Origin: an uncultured virus (IMG/VR IMGVR_UViG_3300046678_000325)
Lineage: Duplodnaviria > Heunggongvirae > Uroviricota > Caudoviricetes
Reading direction: 5' to 3' (one strand)
Length of the DNA: 64,000 nucleotides
Virus record (IMG/VR): IMGVR_UViG_3300046678_000325
Part shown: in pieces, positions 45,576-56,100 of the stretch
How the letters are laid out: each line of letters begins with the position of its first letter
Numbering within the stretch: position 1 is the first letter of the stretch
The notes under the pieces: generated by a model
Seen by the model: the letters and a program-made list of their open reading frames with translations, nothing else
Databases searched by the model: none
Told to the model about the DNA's origin: nothing
Translations under genes and position numbers: made by a program

Positions 45576-47974
45576 GATGTGGGATACGTCCTATAGCCCT
45601 TAATGTCAGACCTGTAATTGACCTTCATGAGAAGAGGGCCAGGGTTTCCACCGAATTCACACTCGATGCCGTTGCCGAGGTACACACCTACATGCGCCGG
45701 GTTGATATAGAAGACCAAATCCCCCGGCCGTAGAGCACCGAACGTAGTTGCTCGACCATGTGCCCACAGAGTTGTTGTATTTCCACTCCCGTTGTAGCCC
45801 TCAGCGTTAGGATCGGCTGAGCCGGAAGCTTCGTAGCACCACGTTGCAAACTGTGAGCAGTCTGAATTTGCCGGAACGTTTGGCGGGCCTTGCATGTCCT
45901 TCATCGGCCGCGTCTCTAGGTAATTCATCGCGTCCGCGTGATACGCGCCCCACAGAGCTGCGTACCAAATTGCCTGACGCCGTTCTGCTGTGGTTGCATG
46001 AATCTTGCTGAAGCCCTGGAAGAAGCTTTGAATTTCAGACCTGGACGGGAATCCGGTGAAACGACCACTCTTAAAATTGATGCCAACATCTGAACCCTCT
46101 GCTGCGGAAGTCTGCCCGTCCTTTGAAACTTGCTGCGCGTTCTTGGTGGCCTGAATCGAAGATTTCACTTCTGCCAAGTAGCCGGGATCGGTGTTGACTG
46201 CCTTACGCACTGCCTGCGCATACGGTGAAACTCCACCTGACGCCCTGAAATAGTCCTGCGCGCCTTGTACGCCTCTGTTGTACGCATCGACGGCAATCCA
46301 AATGTCCACATCGCGCGTCGTGTGAAGAGCTTGACAGTCGGTATGTAATGTTCGCGCCGCGATCATGATGTTGAATTCCGGGTGCCAACGACCGCCTGCG
46401 TACTGATCACGATGCCCCGGATTCAGCAGATCGTCCGCAGCTTGTTTCACGCCGATGCTCGTGAGCTGCATTGGCCCAACGCCGTACTCTTGATTAATTC
46501 CAAAAGCCCCAGGCTCATTAGCGAATTTCTTTTCCCACTCTTCCTTGGAATTCGCAACGTTAGCTGTAGGCGGCGGTACAGGTGAAGGAACGGTGCCCGG
46601 AGCTGGCGGCGGCACGATCGGCTCATCATGCGACGGAGTGAACGGATGCCAGATGTGATGATCGCCTCCCGGCCCTCCATTCTGCCGCTCATTTTCAAAG
46701 CCGGTCTCTACATGGCAAATTCCCATGAGGCATGCGAGGAAGAGACTGAAATCCATTACGTCGTGATATTTCTTCGCAGCCTTCACGAAGTAGTCTCCCC
46801 AGCCCGCAGGCATTCCCGCTGCTTGTTCAAGCGACTTGCCGAGCGCCGAGCCACCACTAGCTGTAGTCGGCCCTTGCCCAGAAGTCAGCTTAGGCGCTAC
46901 AGGCACACGACGACTGACTGCGTACTCAATTTCACGCAGCCTGACTTCCTGAATGAAACCGTCCGGCCCACCTTGAATACGCGAGCCAACTACGAAATAA
47001 TTTCCAAACAGGCCAATGTCCTTCAGGTACAAGCGAGCGATCTTGTTCTGCTGAAGCACAAAGCCCGGATCAGGAATCGTAATTTTCAACTCTACCGATC
47101 CGACCTTACCCTCGAAAATTTCCTCCCACGCCGCCTTCTTCGCTGCGTTCGCATTGCGCGCGTCATTAGACAGCATCACCTTACGCGGCTTTTTCAGCCA
47201 CTTGTTCATCGTCGGGTCTTTCTGGGTGACAGTAAACCCTGTATTTCCTCTTTGTCCATAGACGACTACTTCTTCTACGCGAGCCTGTGTGGTCTTCGTC
47301 AACGAGCCATCAATTACAGGAATGAGCGCAGCCTTGATTCCCGCATGGTCTCCATCTCGTGCGTCACCGATGAAATACACAGGGTCTTTCCCGTAATTCA
47401 GCTTCGATCCGACAAGCTCACCGTTCGGCAACGTCCACAGCCACATCTTCTCTTGACGATAGAGCCGATACCAAAAGTCCCAATACGACTCAGAGCCGTC
47501 CGTGTATTGCAATTTCTTCACGATGCCGGTGTGCGACAGATGAGTGTTCTTAAACCCAATGTCATGCGCCTGAGATTTCACAATGCCCCATGCGCGAGCC
47601 TTAGCCCAGCGTTGAGGCAGAGGAGTGGAATCGATTGCGAGCGAAGACAAATCGCGTCCTGTCAACGTCCAAATTCCATCGCTCTCTAGGTAGTCCGTCT
47701 CATCGGCAATTCCAGTAAGCAGGAATTGGTGGGCTTGACCGACTCCGTAGATTTGCACACGAGTCTCGTTGTCCCGCTTCAGCATCGGCAGGTAGACGCC
47801 GTTAGGATCGCCAATGTCGATCGTCCACGTATCAGCGTCATTGTCTAGCGCTGTGTCTACGTAATACGACTCCAACGAATCGACTGTAATTGGCCGGTAG
47901 GCGTTTCCCTTCCAGCGCGTCGTTACAACAGCTCTCACTGTCAGGACGCTTGATTCAAGGTTCGGAATCGTCAA
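45572..47974 (-). CDS. baseplate hub fused to lytic transglycosylase and NlpC/P60 domains
   Basis: Hub D..AD.W...LTGRD; SLT VETGF, GPMQL, AYNRG; NlpC DCSQF, PGDLVFY, HVGVY. Confidence 0.85.
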   Translation of the reverse strand: MTIPNLESSVLTVRAVVTTRWKGNAYRPITVDSLESYYVDTALDNDADTWTIDIGDPNGVYLPMLKRDNETRVQIYGVGQAHQFLLTGIADETDYLESDGIWTLTGRDLSSLAIDSTPLPQRWAKARAWGIVKSQAHDIGFKNTHLSHTGIVKKLQYTDGSESYWDFWYRLYRQEKMWLWTLPNGELVGSKLNYGKDPVYFIGDARDGDHAGIKAALIPVIDGSLTKTTQARVEEVVVYGQRGNTGFTVTQKDPTMNKWLKKPRKVMLSNDARNANAAKKAAWEEIFEGKVGSVELKITIPDPGFVLQQNKIARLYLKDIGLFGNYFVVGSRIQGGPDGFIQEVRLREIEYAVSRRVPVAPKLTSGQGPTTASGGSALGKSLEQAAGMPAGWGDYFVKAAKKYHDVMDFSLFLACLMGICHVETGFENERQNGGPGGDHHIWHPFTPSHDEPIVPPPAPGTVPSPVPPPTANVANSKEEWEKKFANEPGAFGINQEYGVGPMQLTSIGVKQAADDLLNPGHRDQYAGGRWHPEFNIMIAARTLHTDCQALHTTRDVDIWIAVDAYNRGVQGAQDYFRASGGVSPYAQAVRKAVNTDPGYLAEVKSSIQATKNAQQVSKDGQTSAAEGSDVGINFKSGRFTGFPSRSEIQSFFQGFSKIHATTAERRQAIWYAALWGAYHADAMNYLETRPMKDMQGPPNVPANSDCSQFATWCYEASGSADPNAEGYNGSGNTTTLWAHGRATTFGALRPGDLVFYINPAHVGVYLGNGIECEFGGNPGPLLMKVNYRSDIKGYRTYPTS

Positions 47975-48135
47975 CTGAGAATTTCCTCCAACTCAGACGA
48001 GTCTACGTAGCGGTCGAAAGCTGCGAGTCGTGCTTTGCGCTTTGCTTGCGGATTTTGTGCGAGCCACTTTTCATACCCCTTGATCGCACGAGCGTGTTGC
48101 GTCTTCCGCGTGGACTTCTTCTTTAGAGCAGGCAT
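47971..48135 (-). CDS. 54-aa basic hypothetical protein
   Basis: Hand-translated MPALKKKSTRK...EEILS; fills the gap and overlaps the next start codon. Confidence 0.5.
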   Translation of the reverse strand: MPALKKKSTRKTQHARAIKGYEKWLAQNPQAKRKARLAAFDRYVDSSELEEILS

Positions 48136-48151
48136 TTGAAATCCCCCATTT

Positions 48152-48943
48152 CTAGTACCTGAACTGTGTCCCGATCGGCCAGCGGTAAGTAGGAATTTGA
48201 TGCGTTGGAATGTCGGGGTGGTTCTTTTTCCACTTGTTCAACTGACCCTCGTTGAGCGCGACAATCCTCGGCCATGCGTTGTCGTTCTTGTAGACCGCCT
48301 TTGCAACTGCACGAAGAGTCCTCACGTTCGCCTTGATTGTGAAAATCTTCGCAGGCTTACCCTTCGGCTTTGTCTTCGATCCCGGATTCGGCGGCGGGAT
48401 CGAACCGGACGGATCGGAAACGCGATGCTTGTCTCCGATACGAACAAATGTAATGTTGTAATCGATGGAATGAGTGCGATCGTCTGCGCCGTGAGTGAAC
48501 GTCCACGTCTCTGCGAGCACATACTGCTCTTTTACAAACACGCCGGGAACCCACAGGATCAGCCCGAGCTTCTTTGGAATTGCAACAAGCATGCTGCGGC
48601 AATCCACCATCACGTCTACAGATGTAAGACCCGGCCATGTTCCAGAGAGGATGATTCGACTCTCATCCCTGTGAACGGTTACACCATCGGATTCCACATC
48701 GCCGATGTATTTGTGCAGGCCGAGCGTAGCCTGTCCTTGCTCCTCAAATCCTTCAGGCCCAACAGGAAACACAAACACGTCAGACCCATTTGAAATATAC
48801 GGCCGTGCGTGTGCCCACTGTCCTGCTGAATGATCACCAGGGGAAGTGACAGTCCCCGGCTTTATCAGGTACGCCGCAGGATCAATCCCCACGCCGGGAA
48901 TGAAAGAGTCGTTCTCTTGAATTACAGGCGGCCTAGCGGTCAT
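48152..48943 (-). CDS. tail tube initiator with LysM-like domain
   Basis: TLRAVAKAVY....WPRIVALN; follows the tape measure. Confidence 0.7.
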   Translation of the reverse strand: MTARPPVIQENDSFIPGVGIDPAAYLIKPGTVTSPGDHSAGQWAHARPYISNGSDVFVFPVGPEGFEEQGQATLGLHKYIGDVESDGVTVHRDESRIILSGTWPGLTSVDVMVDCRSMLVAIPKKLGLILWVPGVFVKEQYVLAETWTFTHGADDRTHSIDYNITFVRIGDKHRVSDPSGSIPPPNPGSKTKPKGKPAKIFTIKANVRTLRAVAKAVYKNDNAWPRIVALNEGQLNKWKKNHPDIPTHQIPTYRWPIGTQFRY

Positions 48944-51027
48944 CTGCTCCTCACCGTCTTATGAACCTGACCGCGATGCGACGGAGAACGCCCACCTTCC
49001 CACAGGCCGATTGGAATATGCACACGCTGCCGCGTCATCTTCCCGGTGTGAGGATCGGTCAAGTCAATTACAAGATTCACGTCCGCTTGTCCACGAAGCA
49101 TTGACTCTACACCTGAAATGTTTCTACCGGGGAAAGCTCGCTGTGCGCGCTGAAGGTCTCTCGCGTACTGATTCCCCGGAATGATGCCGTGCTGCCTGTT
49201 CAACGCTCCCAGGGTAAGGAAATTCTCCCAACCCGGATTGCGACGATGCGTAATCGGATTGAATGCACCAGGGAGCCACATGCGCCAATCACCAATCCCC
49301 GGCATTTCAGCTCCGAATCCTTCAAGACCACTAGCACCCTTTCCAAGCAGTCCTGGAATTCGGCCACCAAACGAAGTCAACGCTTTGATGCCAAGGAATG
49401 ATGAAGCGCCACCTGTAATTTTGCTAAACCAGCCACCACCGTGTGGTGTCGGCTCATTGGTTGGAGATGGTGTATTTCCACCAAACAACTGACCGACGAC
49501 AACGACGTAAAGCGGATGCTGTGGTGATGCACCGAGGCCAGCTCCTCCGGTCATTGCCGCTGTAATTGCCTGCTCTCTCACGATCGCTTGCCCTGGCCCA
49601 CCGAACATCTTGGTGATCCCTGTAAAGCGTCCTACGCCCAGCGCTGCGATGAGTGCCCCAGCACCGAGGGTTATGTCTCTCGTGGCCCTAGGATGCCTCC
49701 TGGCCGCTCCTGCGACGGGATCGAGAACGTGTTGAGCAACAAAGCCCATGACCGGCTCAAACGTCTGCGCAACCTGAAGCCCCATCGTGTTAATTGCATT
49801 TGCAGCTTCAGCCAATCTCGCCCTCTGGCGGAACTGCTGCCAGTTCTTCGCAAGCTGATGAGTCTCTTTGGAATTCTGATCCTGCACTTGCAGCATGCTC
49901 TGCAAGTCCTGCTGAATGCTCGATACATCACCGCGCTGCTGAAGCTGCGACGAAAGGATCAATGCTGCGCGAATTCCATGAATTCTCGGGATCATCGCAC
50001 GGAGCTTCACCATCTCGGCTGCTGGAATACCTGGCAAATTTCCGTTTTGTGCATCGAGCGAGTCCATTGTCGTGTCGTCAATCGCACCGAGCTGCTTTGC
50101 GTTGCCGTGATGCGTGATCGAACCGAGCAGTTTCATCACACCCGCGAAAATTCCCTTTGACGCGACGAACTGTGGTGTAATTCCGATTCCAGCCAACGCC
50201 TTTGATGCACCGCCGGTTGGCTGTGCAATTGACTGAAGCAGATACGTGAGTCCACGCATACCTGTCGAAGCAGGCATACCCGTTCTCAACACACCAAGGC
50301 TGAGGGCCATCATCTGAGCCTGCCCCAAGCTGCCGGTCACTCCATGTCCCGGTGCGAGCTGGAACATTGAAGCGAGACCCGGCATCGCCTGTGCAATTGT
50401 CGAGCCTGCGATTCTTGCACCAGGGGCAGTTGTAATTAGCATCTGCCACATTCGTGAAAACTGTCCGATGGACTGCGGGTTGACTTTCCTGTTGAACGCA
50501 ACTTGCATCGTCGTCGCTGCCTGCGTCAAGTCTTCAATCGGCGTCTGTGCAATTTTCGCACCAATACCGATCTGTGCAAGCATCGTCGGAAGCTCAGACG
50601 GCTTCACGTTCTGCACCGTCGAGAGGAAGTTGGTTGCTGCGTCGTTCACTTCACTCAAAGGTGTAATTGTTGCCACTGATGTGTTCATGAGGTTGTTGAG
50701 CAAGGTCGGCACCTGATTGTTGGAGATGCCGACCGTCGTTCCAATTCCAGCGTTTGAAATTGCCTGCATTTGTGCAAGCTGAACGTTGAGCTGCGAGACC
50801 TTGCTGACCATGCTGGTCAACCCGTATAGCGCCGTGCCCGCAACCGCGTAGCGAATTGTCGTTCCAAGTGCCCGCCACTGATTATTCAGCCGCGTACTCA
50901 TGTTCGACGTTTGGTTGATCTGCTGACCGATCGTGCCAAAGCCAGCCGCGTAGCTACGCAGTTGCGAGACAACATTTCCACCGACTGCGCGGAATGACGT
51001 TACGACGGTATTAGTTATCTGGCTCAT
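48940..51027 (-). CDS. tape measure protein
   Basis: Ala/Gln/Gly-rich helical protein; G..AS....GL..LLQ....PT; follows the chaperones. Confidence 0.85.
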   Translation of the reverse strand: MSQITNTVVTSFRAVGGNVVSQLRSYAAGFGTIGQQINQTSNMSTRLNNQWRALGTTIRYAVAGTALYGLTSMVSKVSQLNVQLAQMQAISNAGIGTTVGISNNQVPTLLNNLMNTSVATITPLSEVNDAATNFLSTVQNVKPSELPTMLAQIGIGAKIAQTPIEDLTQAATTMQVAFNRKVNPQSIGQFSRMWQMLITTAPGARIAGSTIAQAMPGLASMFQLAPGHGVTGSLGQAQMMALSLGVLRTGMPASTGMRGLTYLLQSIAQPTGGASKALAGIGITPQFVASKGIFAGVMKLLGSITHHGNAKQLGAIDDTTMDSLDAQNGNLPGIPAAEMVKLRAMIPRIHGIRAALILSSQLQQRGDVSSIQQDLQSMLQVQDQNSKETHQLAKNWQQFRQRARLAEAANAINTMGLQVAQTFEPVMGFVAQHVLDPVAGAARRHPRATRDITLGAGALIAALGVGRFTGITKMFGGPGQAIVREQAITAAMTGGAGLGASPQHPLYVVVVGQLFGGNTPSPTNEPTPHGGGWFSKITGGASSFLGIKALTSFGGRIPGLLGKGASGLEGFGAEMPGIGDWRMWLPGAFNPITHRRNPGWENFLTLGALNRQHGIIPGNQYARDLQRAQRAFPGRNISGVESMLRGQADVNLVIDLTDPHTGKMTRQRVHIPIGLWEGGRSPSHRGQVHKTVRSR

Positions 51028-51388
51028 TTTCCTCCGAGCGAACTAGCTCCCAGCCTCCGTCACTGTAGGACTCAGCACGTTCCTGCTCAATTTCAACATC
51101 TGGAATGATGCCATCAACCCCCGGACGGTATATCTTGTCTTGTAATTCTTCCGGGACTCCGTAATTGATTGGCTCATAGCAGACCTCACAAACCTCTTGA
51201 TCGAATTTCGGTAAGCAGTGGAGATGAACACGCCTTCGCTTCTCCCCGTAGTCAACTAGCTGATTGAGGAAGACCCAGGTGACTTGTCCAGGAGTGGCGA
51301 GGGCATAATCTTGGAAAGGAAGCGTTTGGCTGCGTACCATGCACTGCCAGAGAGATCGTTCCAGTCCATCTCCTGCAAGGCTTTTTTT
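51011..51388 (-). CDS. tail assembly chaperone, -1 frameshift extension (gpGT-like)
   Basis: Frame is open from the A AAA AAA G site at 51381-51388 to the stop at 51011. Confidence 0.65.
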   Translation of the reverse strand, partial: KKSLAGDGLERSLWQCMVRSQTLPFQDYALATPGQVTWVFLNQLVDYGEKRRRVHLHCLPKFDQEVCEVCYEPINYGVPEELQDKIYRPGVDGIIPDVEIEQERAESYSDGGWELVRSEENEPDN

Positions 51389-51813
51389 AGGTTCTCTAGC
51401 TCCTCTTTCGGAATTCCATCGAGCGACGGGCTGGACTGAAATACCATCTCGTTGTAGCAGTCGATGGCATGATCTATGTCATGAATTTCAAAATCCACCG
51501 TCAACTCTTCCACATCGTCGTAAATGAGCTGCGTCAGGTCGTGCTCCTCACGGATGGCTCTTACGAGAATTTCCTCAGCCTGCACACGATCCTTGATCTG
51601 CACACCGGCCAGATCGTCGCCAGAGGGAACGGCTGCAACCTTCTCCAACACATTCCTGTAATCCGCTTCGGTGAGCGGAACGATTGCGAGTCTTATTTCA
51701 GGATCAGACGGCATCGTGACGAAATCACACGTTGCCTGTCCCGAGCGCATCCGGGCCAGCTTCCGTTCTTTGATCTTGTCCTTAGTGCTCATCGTTGTTG
51801 CGTTCATAACCAC
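51256..51813 (-). CDS. tail assembly chaperone (gpG-like)
   Basis: Position between tube and tape measure; slippery site. Confidence 0.75.
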   Translation of the reverse strand: MVMNATTMSTKDKIKERKLARMRSGQATCDFVTMPSDPEIRLAIVPLTEADYRNVLEKVAAVPSGDDLAGVQIKDRVQAEEILVRAIREEHDLTQLIYDDVEELTVDFEIHDIDHAIDCYNEMVFQSSPSLDGIPKEELENLKKALQEMDWNDLSGSAWYAAKRFLSKIMPSPLLDKSPGSSSIS

Positions 51814-52111
51814 CCATCTCCCTTCGGGCCTCGATCATTTGTGGTAGTTCGGTAATTCGTGTAGTTGTCTGATACTGAAGTGCTAGTGCGTAGAACGGGT
51901 TTCCGCACGACGTACACCGAGCCTTAATTACAAACTCGGCCATTGGGCCTGACCCGCCTGATTCCGCCACATGAATTACAGGGTTCATCACCCCACAGGA
52001 CGGACATGCAGGCGGGCCAGTCTCCATCTGAATTACCGGGTCTTCTGCCATACGCTCACAAGCGACGGCAATTCGTTCCAGTAGTTCATTTGCTTCTGCC
52101 ACTTCACTCAC
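51782..52111 (-). CDS. Zn-ribbon hypothetical protein
   Basis: CPSC...CTSC. Confidence 0.6.
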   Translation of the reverse strand: MSEVAEANELLERIAVACERMAEDPVIQMETGPPACPSCGVMNPVIHVAESGGSGPMAEFVIKARCTSCGNPFYALALQYQTTTRITELPQMIEARREMGGYERNNDEH

Positions 52112-52114
52112 TCC

Positions 52115-52513
52115 CTACTGAGGCGATGCGTAGCCGGGAACTGAAATGTCTGCATCGAGCGTCACCTGATCGAGAGTTGACCGAACTGTAATTCTCGTCC
52201 AGTTACAGCCCTGATAGGTATGAACACTTGATCCCCGCACGGTCTGAATGTCGAAATCTCGCATCGTCCTCAGCAAGTCTTCGTCATTCATCTTGTTGGC
52301 AACACCGTCCTTCAGAAGCACGCAGGTAAAGGACACGGTTCCCTCGTCTGCGGCCCGAACACGACGGAGCACAGGGCCATCCGTACCAAACGCGCCCATG
52401 TACGTGACTTCCTGGCGAGTCTCCTCTGACATATCCTGCACGGCTGCGAAATCTTTTCCAGCCTCAAAGGAAATTCCCAGATCAACCGCAGTGAGTCCTT
52501 GGAGCCATGACAT
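52115..52513 (-). CDS. tail tube protein
   Basis: 132-aa beta-rich protein directly after the sheath. Confidence 0.75.
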   Translation of the reverse strand: MSWLQGLTAVDLGISFEAGKDFAAVQDMSEETRQEVTYMGAFGTDGPVLRRVRAADEGTVSFTCVLLKDGVANKMNDEDLLRTMRDFDIQTVRGSSVHTYQGCNWTRITVRSTLDQVTLDADISVPGYASPQ

Positions 52514-52527
52514 ATTCTCTACCCTCC

Positions 52528-53670
52528 TTAAACGGTAATGGTGAGGTTGGCACTGACCTGCACCGTGTTAATTCCACGGACAACTGTGCCCTGATAACCG
52601 ACCGTCACCTGACGCTGATCGGGAGACGCCGTAACCGACACGCCGTAACCCGTGGTGCCATCGCCCTGTGTAACCGGATTGATCCATGCAGCGCGAGCGG
52701 TGAGAAGAGCCTTCACGCCTGATGCAATTCTGTTCCTCGTTGCGTCCGTGTTGCCCGCGCGAAGGAAATTGTTGTCCAAGATGTAGCTTTTCACGTCAAG
52801 GAAAATCTGATCCACGATGATGCGCGTGTAGAGATTATCCCACTGCGTGTTGACGATGTACGCCGTGCGAAGGTGCGTAGTGCTGACACCACCTGCAACG
52901 CGCGACGGCTGAAGCGGAGACACACCGCCATCCAACAGGTCTTCGTAGTCATTGACCGCAGCACCGCCGACGATCTTGCGACGAAATACCGGAAGCCCAG
53001 CGGTATCAAGCTCAATTCCAGTCAGGTTCGGAATCGGCCACAAGTCCAAGTCCTGCGAAGGATCGGCATTCTTCGCAACCTCTGCCGCGACAAGTGCAGC
53101 TCCGTAATTTCCGCTGCGAAGCACACCCGCTGCGTCGTAGACACCCGGAGCCACGAGAACTGCACGAGGGGCATCTCCAACCGCGATTGCTCCCGCTGCT
53201 GAAATTAGTGCTGCCTTCGCCGTGCCCGAAGGCATTCCGACAATGGCTACCTGCTTGTTGTAAACGAGGTTCGCAAGGTTCGCGGAAGCCGCCAGCGCCA
53301 CGAGGTCTGACTGGACTGCGGAATCCGTGAGCCGAAGGCGAACGTCAACATCGCTTTCCAGCGTTGCCCATGCTGCCTGCCGCTGAAGCAGCGTAGGAGT
53401 AGAACCCTTCGCTGAAATTACAACCTTCACCGGGCCAGCACCCGCCGTAAGGATCGCCTGTACGTGCCGAGACAACGAATTTACAGCCTGCGGGCCGATG
53501 ATCGTTTCAGCCTGATCACCGCGTGAAATTACAACCGGAGTTGCAATCGCACCCGTTCCTGCGCTTTCTCCCTGTCCCTCGATGCCGATGGGCAGAAAGA
53601 TGGCCGATGTTTGACGCGGGGTGAGACTACTCGCATCAATTACACCGGGATCCATTTGAGTGCTAGACAC
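52528..53670 (-). CDS. tail sheath protein
   Basis: PGV N-terminus; L.DGGVSPL, TRIIVD, NT...RN.I, V......INT C-terminus. Confidence 0.9.
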   Translation of the reverse strand: MSSTQMDPGVIDASSLTPRQTSAIFLPIGIEGQGESAGTGAIATPVVISRGDQAETIIGPQAVNSLSRHVQAILTAGAGPVKVVISAKGSTPTLLQRQAAWATLESDVDVRLRLTDSAVQSDLVALAASANLANLVYNKQVAIVGMPSGTAKAALISAAGAIAVGDAPRAVLVAPGVYDAAGVLRSGNYGAALVAAEVAKNADPSQDLDLWPIPNLTGIELDTAGLPVFRRKIVGGAAVNDYEDLLDGGVSPLQPSRVAGGVSTTHLRTAYIVNTQWDNLYTRIIVDQIFLDVKSYILDNNFLRAGNTDATRNRIASGVKALLTARAAWINPVTQGDGTTGYGVSVTASPDQRQVTVGYQGTVVRGINTVQVSANLTITV

Positions 53671-53679
53671 TGTTCCTCC

Positions 53680-54291
53680 TTATCCGATAATCGTAAGGTT
53701 CGGGGATTGGTCAATTTCCTCGATGGCCGGAGCGCTCTCAGTTGGAATTGGAGTGCGACTGTAAACCCTGACCGTTAGCTGACAGTCCACCATCCTGTAG
53801 AGTCTTACATTGTTAGACGAGTCGAGCACGAACCTCCCTCCTGAAAATGACAACACTTCGATCCGCCCATCCCCGTTGTCGCTGAAATCACCGAATCTCT
53901 TCGATCCGCCGTTGTTCATGTCGAAAAGGTAATTGAGAGCCTGCTTAACTCTCATTCTCGACGTTGTTCCACCCGAGCTATCGCTAGCCCAAATTCCAAC
54001 ATCGAACGTGAACGTCTGTACGGCCGCATACTGCGGGAAGAGACCGACGCCGGGTTGGTAATTATCAGCGAACATTCCATCGCCGAACCCAACAGGCTTG
54101 CTTTCCTGATCGTCCATCTCAAAGTGAATGAGTGTCTTCTTCATCGGTAATTCACCAGCATCAAGCTGCGCACCAGGAAATTCCATCACGACTTCATAGA
54201 TGCGAGTGTTGATGTTGGTCTCCACGTACTCCTTGATCGTCCTGAACGTGGACTCCATGAATTTTTCAGGGTCGTAGAAATTCTCTTGCAT
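53680..54291 (-). CDS. tail terminator/completion protein
   Basis: Position upstream of the sheath; size. Confidence 0.6.
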   Translation of the reverse strand: MQENFYDPEKFMESTFRTIKEYVETNINTRIYEVVMEFPGAQLDAGELPMKKTLIHFEMDDQESKPVGFGDGMFADNYQPGVGLFPQYAAVQTFTFDVGIWASDSSGGTTSRMRVKQALNYLFDMNNGGSKRFGDFSDNGDGRIEVLSFSGGRFVLDSSNNVRLYRMVDCQLTVRVYSRTPIPTESAPAIEEIDQSPNLTIIG

Positions 54292-54875
54292 TACGGCAGG
54301 AACCTCCCGAGCATCGGCCCTGTGAACGAACCCATCGCAGGCGACTGCACCTGCTGCTCAAAGCCGAGCGTCTTGTGACGAGTACGATAAATTTCACCCC
54401 AGATGCGGTGATAGGCCATTGTGCTTGCCATGTAATCCATCGTCTGTTTCAGGGACAACCTCTGCACTGGACGCCTGACTCTTCTACCTCCGCCGAGCCA
54501 GTTGATTCCGTACTCGATGAAATACGCCTCTCGTGAGTCGTTGTAAAGCTCCCAACCGCCACGTACAGGGCGAACTTTCCATCCGAGGTAGTACCTTCCT
54601 GAAATTCTACGGACAGGAAGCCTCCAAGCCAGTTCGTTGTTCGCTCCCGTCGGGTCTTCAGGGCCAAACGACATTTTCCTCGCAAAGCCCTGATTGACAA
54701 GCGCCATCAACTGAGTCAATTTCAACATCTGTTCCGCAAGGTGCATCGGAACCTCGTACTCAGCCCATCGAATTGCAGCTTCGATCCCGTTGATCGTCTC
54801 TTTGGTCGGCTCTAGGATGCCGCCCTTGCCCTGATACGAGAATGGAGTGAATCTTGCCATGAAATTACTGACCAA
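54291..54875 (-). CDS. neck/tail completion protein (HK97 gp10-like)
   Basis: PVR..SG.Y...W...N...AYFIEYG. Confidence 0.6.
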   Translation of the reverse strand: MVSNFMARFTPFSYQGKGGILEPTKETINGIEAAIRWAEYEVPMHLAEQMLKLTQLMALVNQGFARKMSFGPEDPTGANNELAWRLPVRRISGRYYLGWKVRPVRGGWELYNDSREAYFIEYGINWLGGGRRVRRPVQRLSLKQTMDYMASTMAYHRIWGEIYRTRHKTLGFEQQVQSPAMGSFTGPMLGRFLP

Positions 54876-55368
54876 GCGGCATGTCGATCAACCGCAAGCC
54901 AACCTCCCAATGATGCCTCGGGTCGCCAGTGTCCGGTGCAGCAAGGAGATGCGCTGCAACTGCAAAGTAGAAGCGTCCGTTGTATTCGATCCAGTCCTCG
55001 CCGCTCTGAGACCAATCGTAAAAGCTCAGAACCGTTCCCTCCCATGACTCCGGGAACAATCCGATGTGGTCGCCTACTTGAATTTCACCGAACATGTCCT
55101 GAAGGTATTCAGGCGACATGCGCGTAGCCCTTGTGGACTGCGACGGCTGGACGAAACCTTTGATCAGAATTTCAGTCGTCTCAGCGTCATCATGCAAGTA
55201 ACCGCGCTCATCGCACACCGGAGCTGCCGGGTTAGCATCGTGCCACTCGGGATCGCGGAATCCTTCAGGCGTCACACAGGGGCAGATAACGAGGGAATCG
55301 TCGCGGTGGTATTTCACCGTCGATCCATGCAGATTGAGCAGCCCTATGAAATCTTCTTTAGCGCCCAC
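54865..55368 (-). CDS. head closure/stopper protein
   Basis: Position; CPC...C; HHWEVGLR. Confidence 0.55.
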   Translation of the reverse strand: MGAKEDFIGLLNLHGSTVKYHRDDSLVICPCVTPEGFRDPEWHDANPAAPVCDERGYLHDDAETTEILIKGFVQPSQSTRATRMSPEYLQDMFGEIQVGDHIGLFPESWEGTVLSFYDWSQSGEDWIEYNGRFYFAVAAHLLAAPDTGDPRHHWEVGLRLIDMPLGQ

Positions 55369-55416
55369 GGTTCCTTCCTCGGTTGTAGTTCTTGGTGGTC
55401 GTACTAGGGGGTCGTA

Positions 55417-56100
55417 CTAGGCAAGCTCGATCAACGCGCGTGAAACGTCAAAGCTCTTCAACTGCTTGAAGCCACCTGCGACTGAAATTTCTTCCAGAAC
55501 CATGATCGTACTGACATTGCGACCCAGCTCCCGGTTCGCCATGTCGATCATGTTGTCGATGTTCTTCCATGCAGCACTGGACGCAGAGGATGCGTCCATT
55601 GAAATCAGTCCCGCCTGCCACTTGGGAGTAAGCGACTGTGTAATTAGACGGCTGATGTAGACACGAGCAAGCGTCAGTGTCGTAAGGCCGGAAAGGATGA
55701 TCGGTGATGCCTGCGACGGATCAACGCTGTAGGGATCGGTCACGCCGTAGTACCACGCGATGACTGCCTCTGCTTCCTGTCCGGCGATGATCGGGTTGAC
55801 ACCAGGATCACGAAGAATTACACGATCCATCACCTGAGCGACGATCGTAGTCGTCCCACCCTGAATCGGAGACGAGTATGGAGTGAAATTGCCTGAGCCA
55901 TTCTGCCAGCGGATGCGGAACCAATCCGTCGGTGTTACGGCATCAGTAACTTCAGCGCTAGTGATGTAATTCGGCTCAGTCCCGGCTGGGAACTGCTGAA
56001 TTTCCGCGTAGACGCCTCCCTGAGTCGGAGCCTCTTCGACATGCAGGGTCACAATGTCTTCTTCAAGCGGCGGAAGAAACTGAAGTTCGACTCCTGCCAT
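55417..56100 (-). CDS. head-tail adaptor with N-terminal Fn3-like domain
   Basis: WFRIRW....G..T.YS then a helical domain; position. Confidence 0.55.
   Translation of the reverse strand: MAGVELQFLPPLEEDIVTLHVEEAPTQGGVYAEIQQFPAGTEPNYITSAEVTDAVTPTDWFRIRWQNGSGNFTPYSSPIQGGTTTIVAQVMDRVILRDPGVNPIIAGQEAEAVIAWYYGVTDPYSVDPSQASPIILSGLTTLTLARVYISRLITQSLTPKWQAGLISMDASSASSAAWKNIDNMIDMANRELGRNVSTIMVLEEISVAGGFKQLKSFDVSRALIELA

Noticed and set aside
46628..47689. Long plus-strand ORFs opposite structural genes (also 56290..57135)
   Set aside because: Antisense shadows of well-supported minus-strand genes, with no RBS or recognisable motifs.
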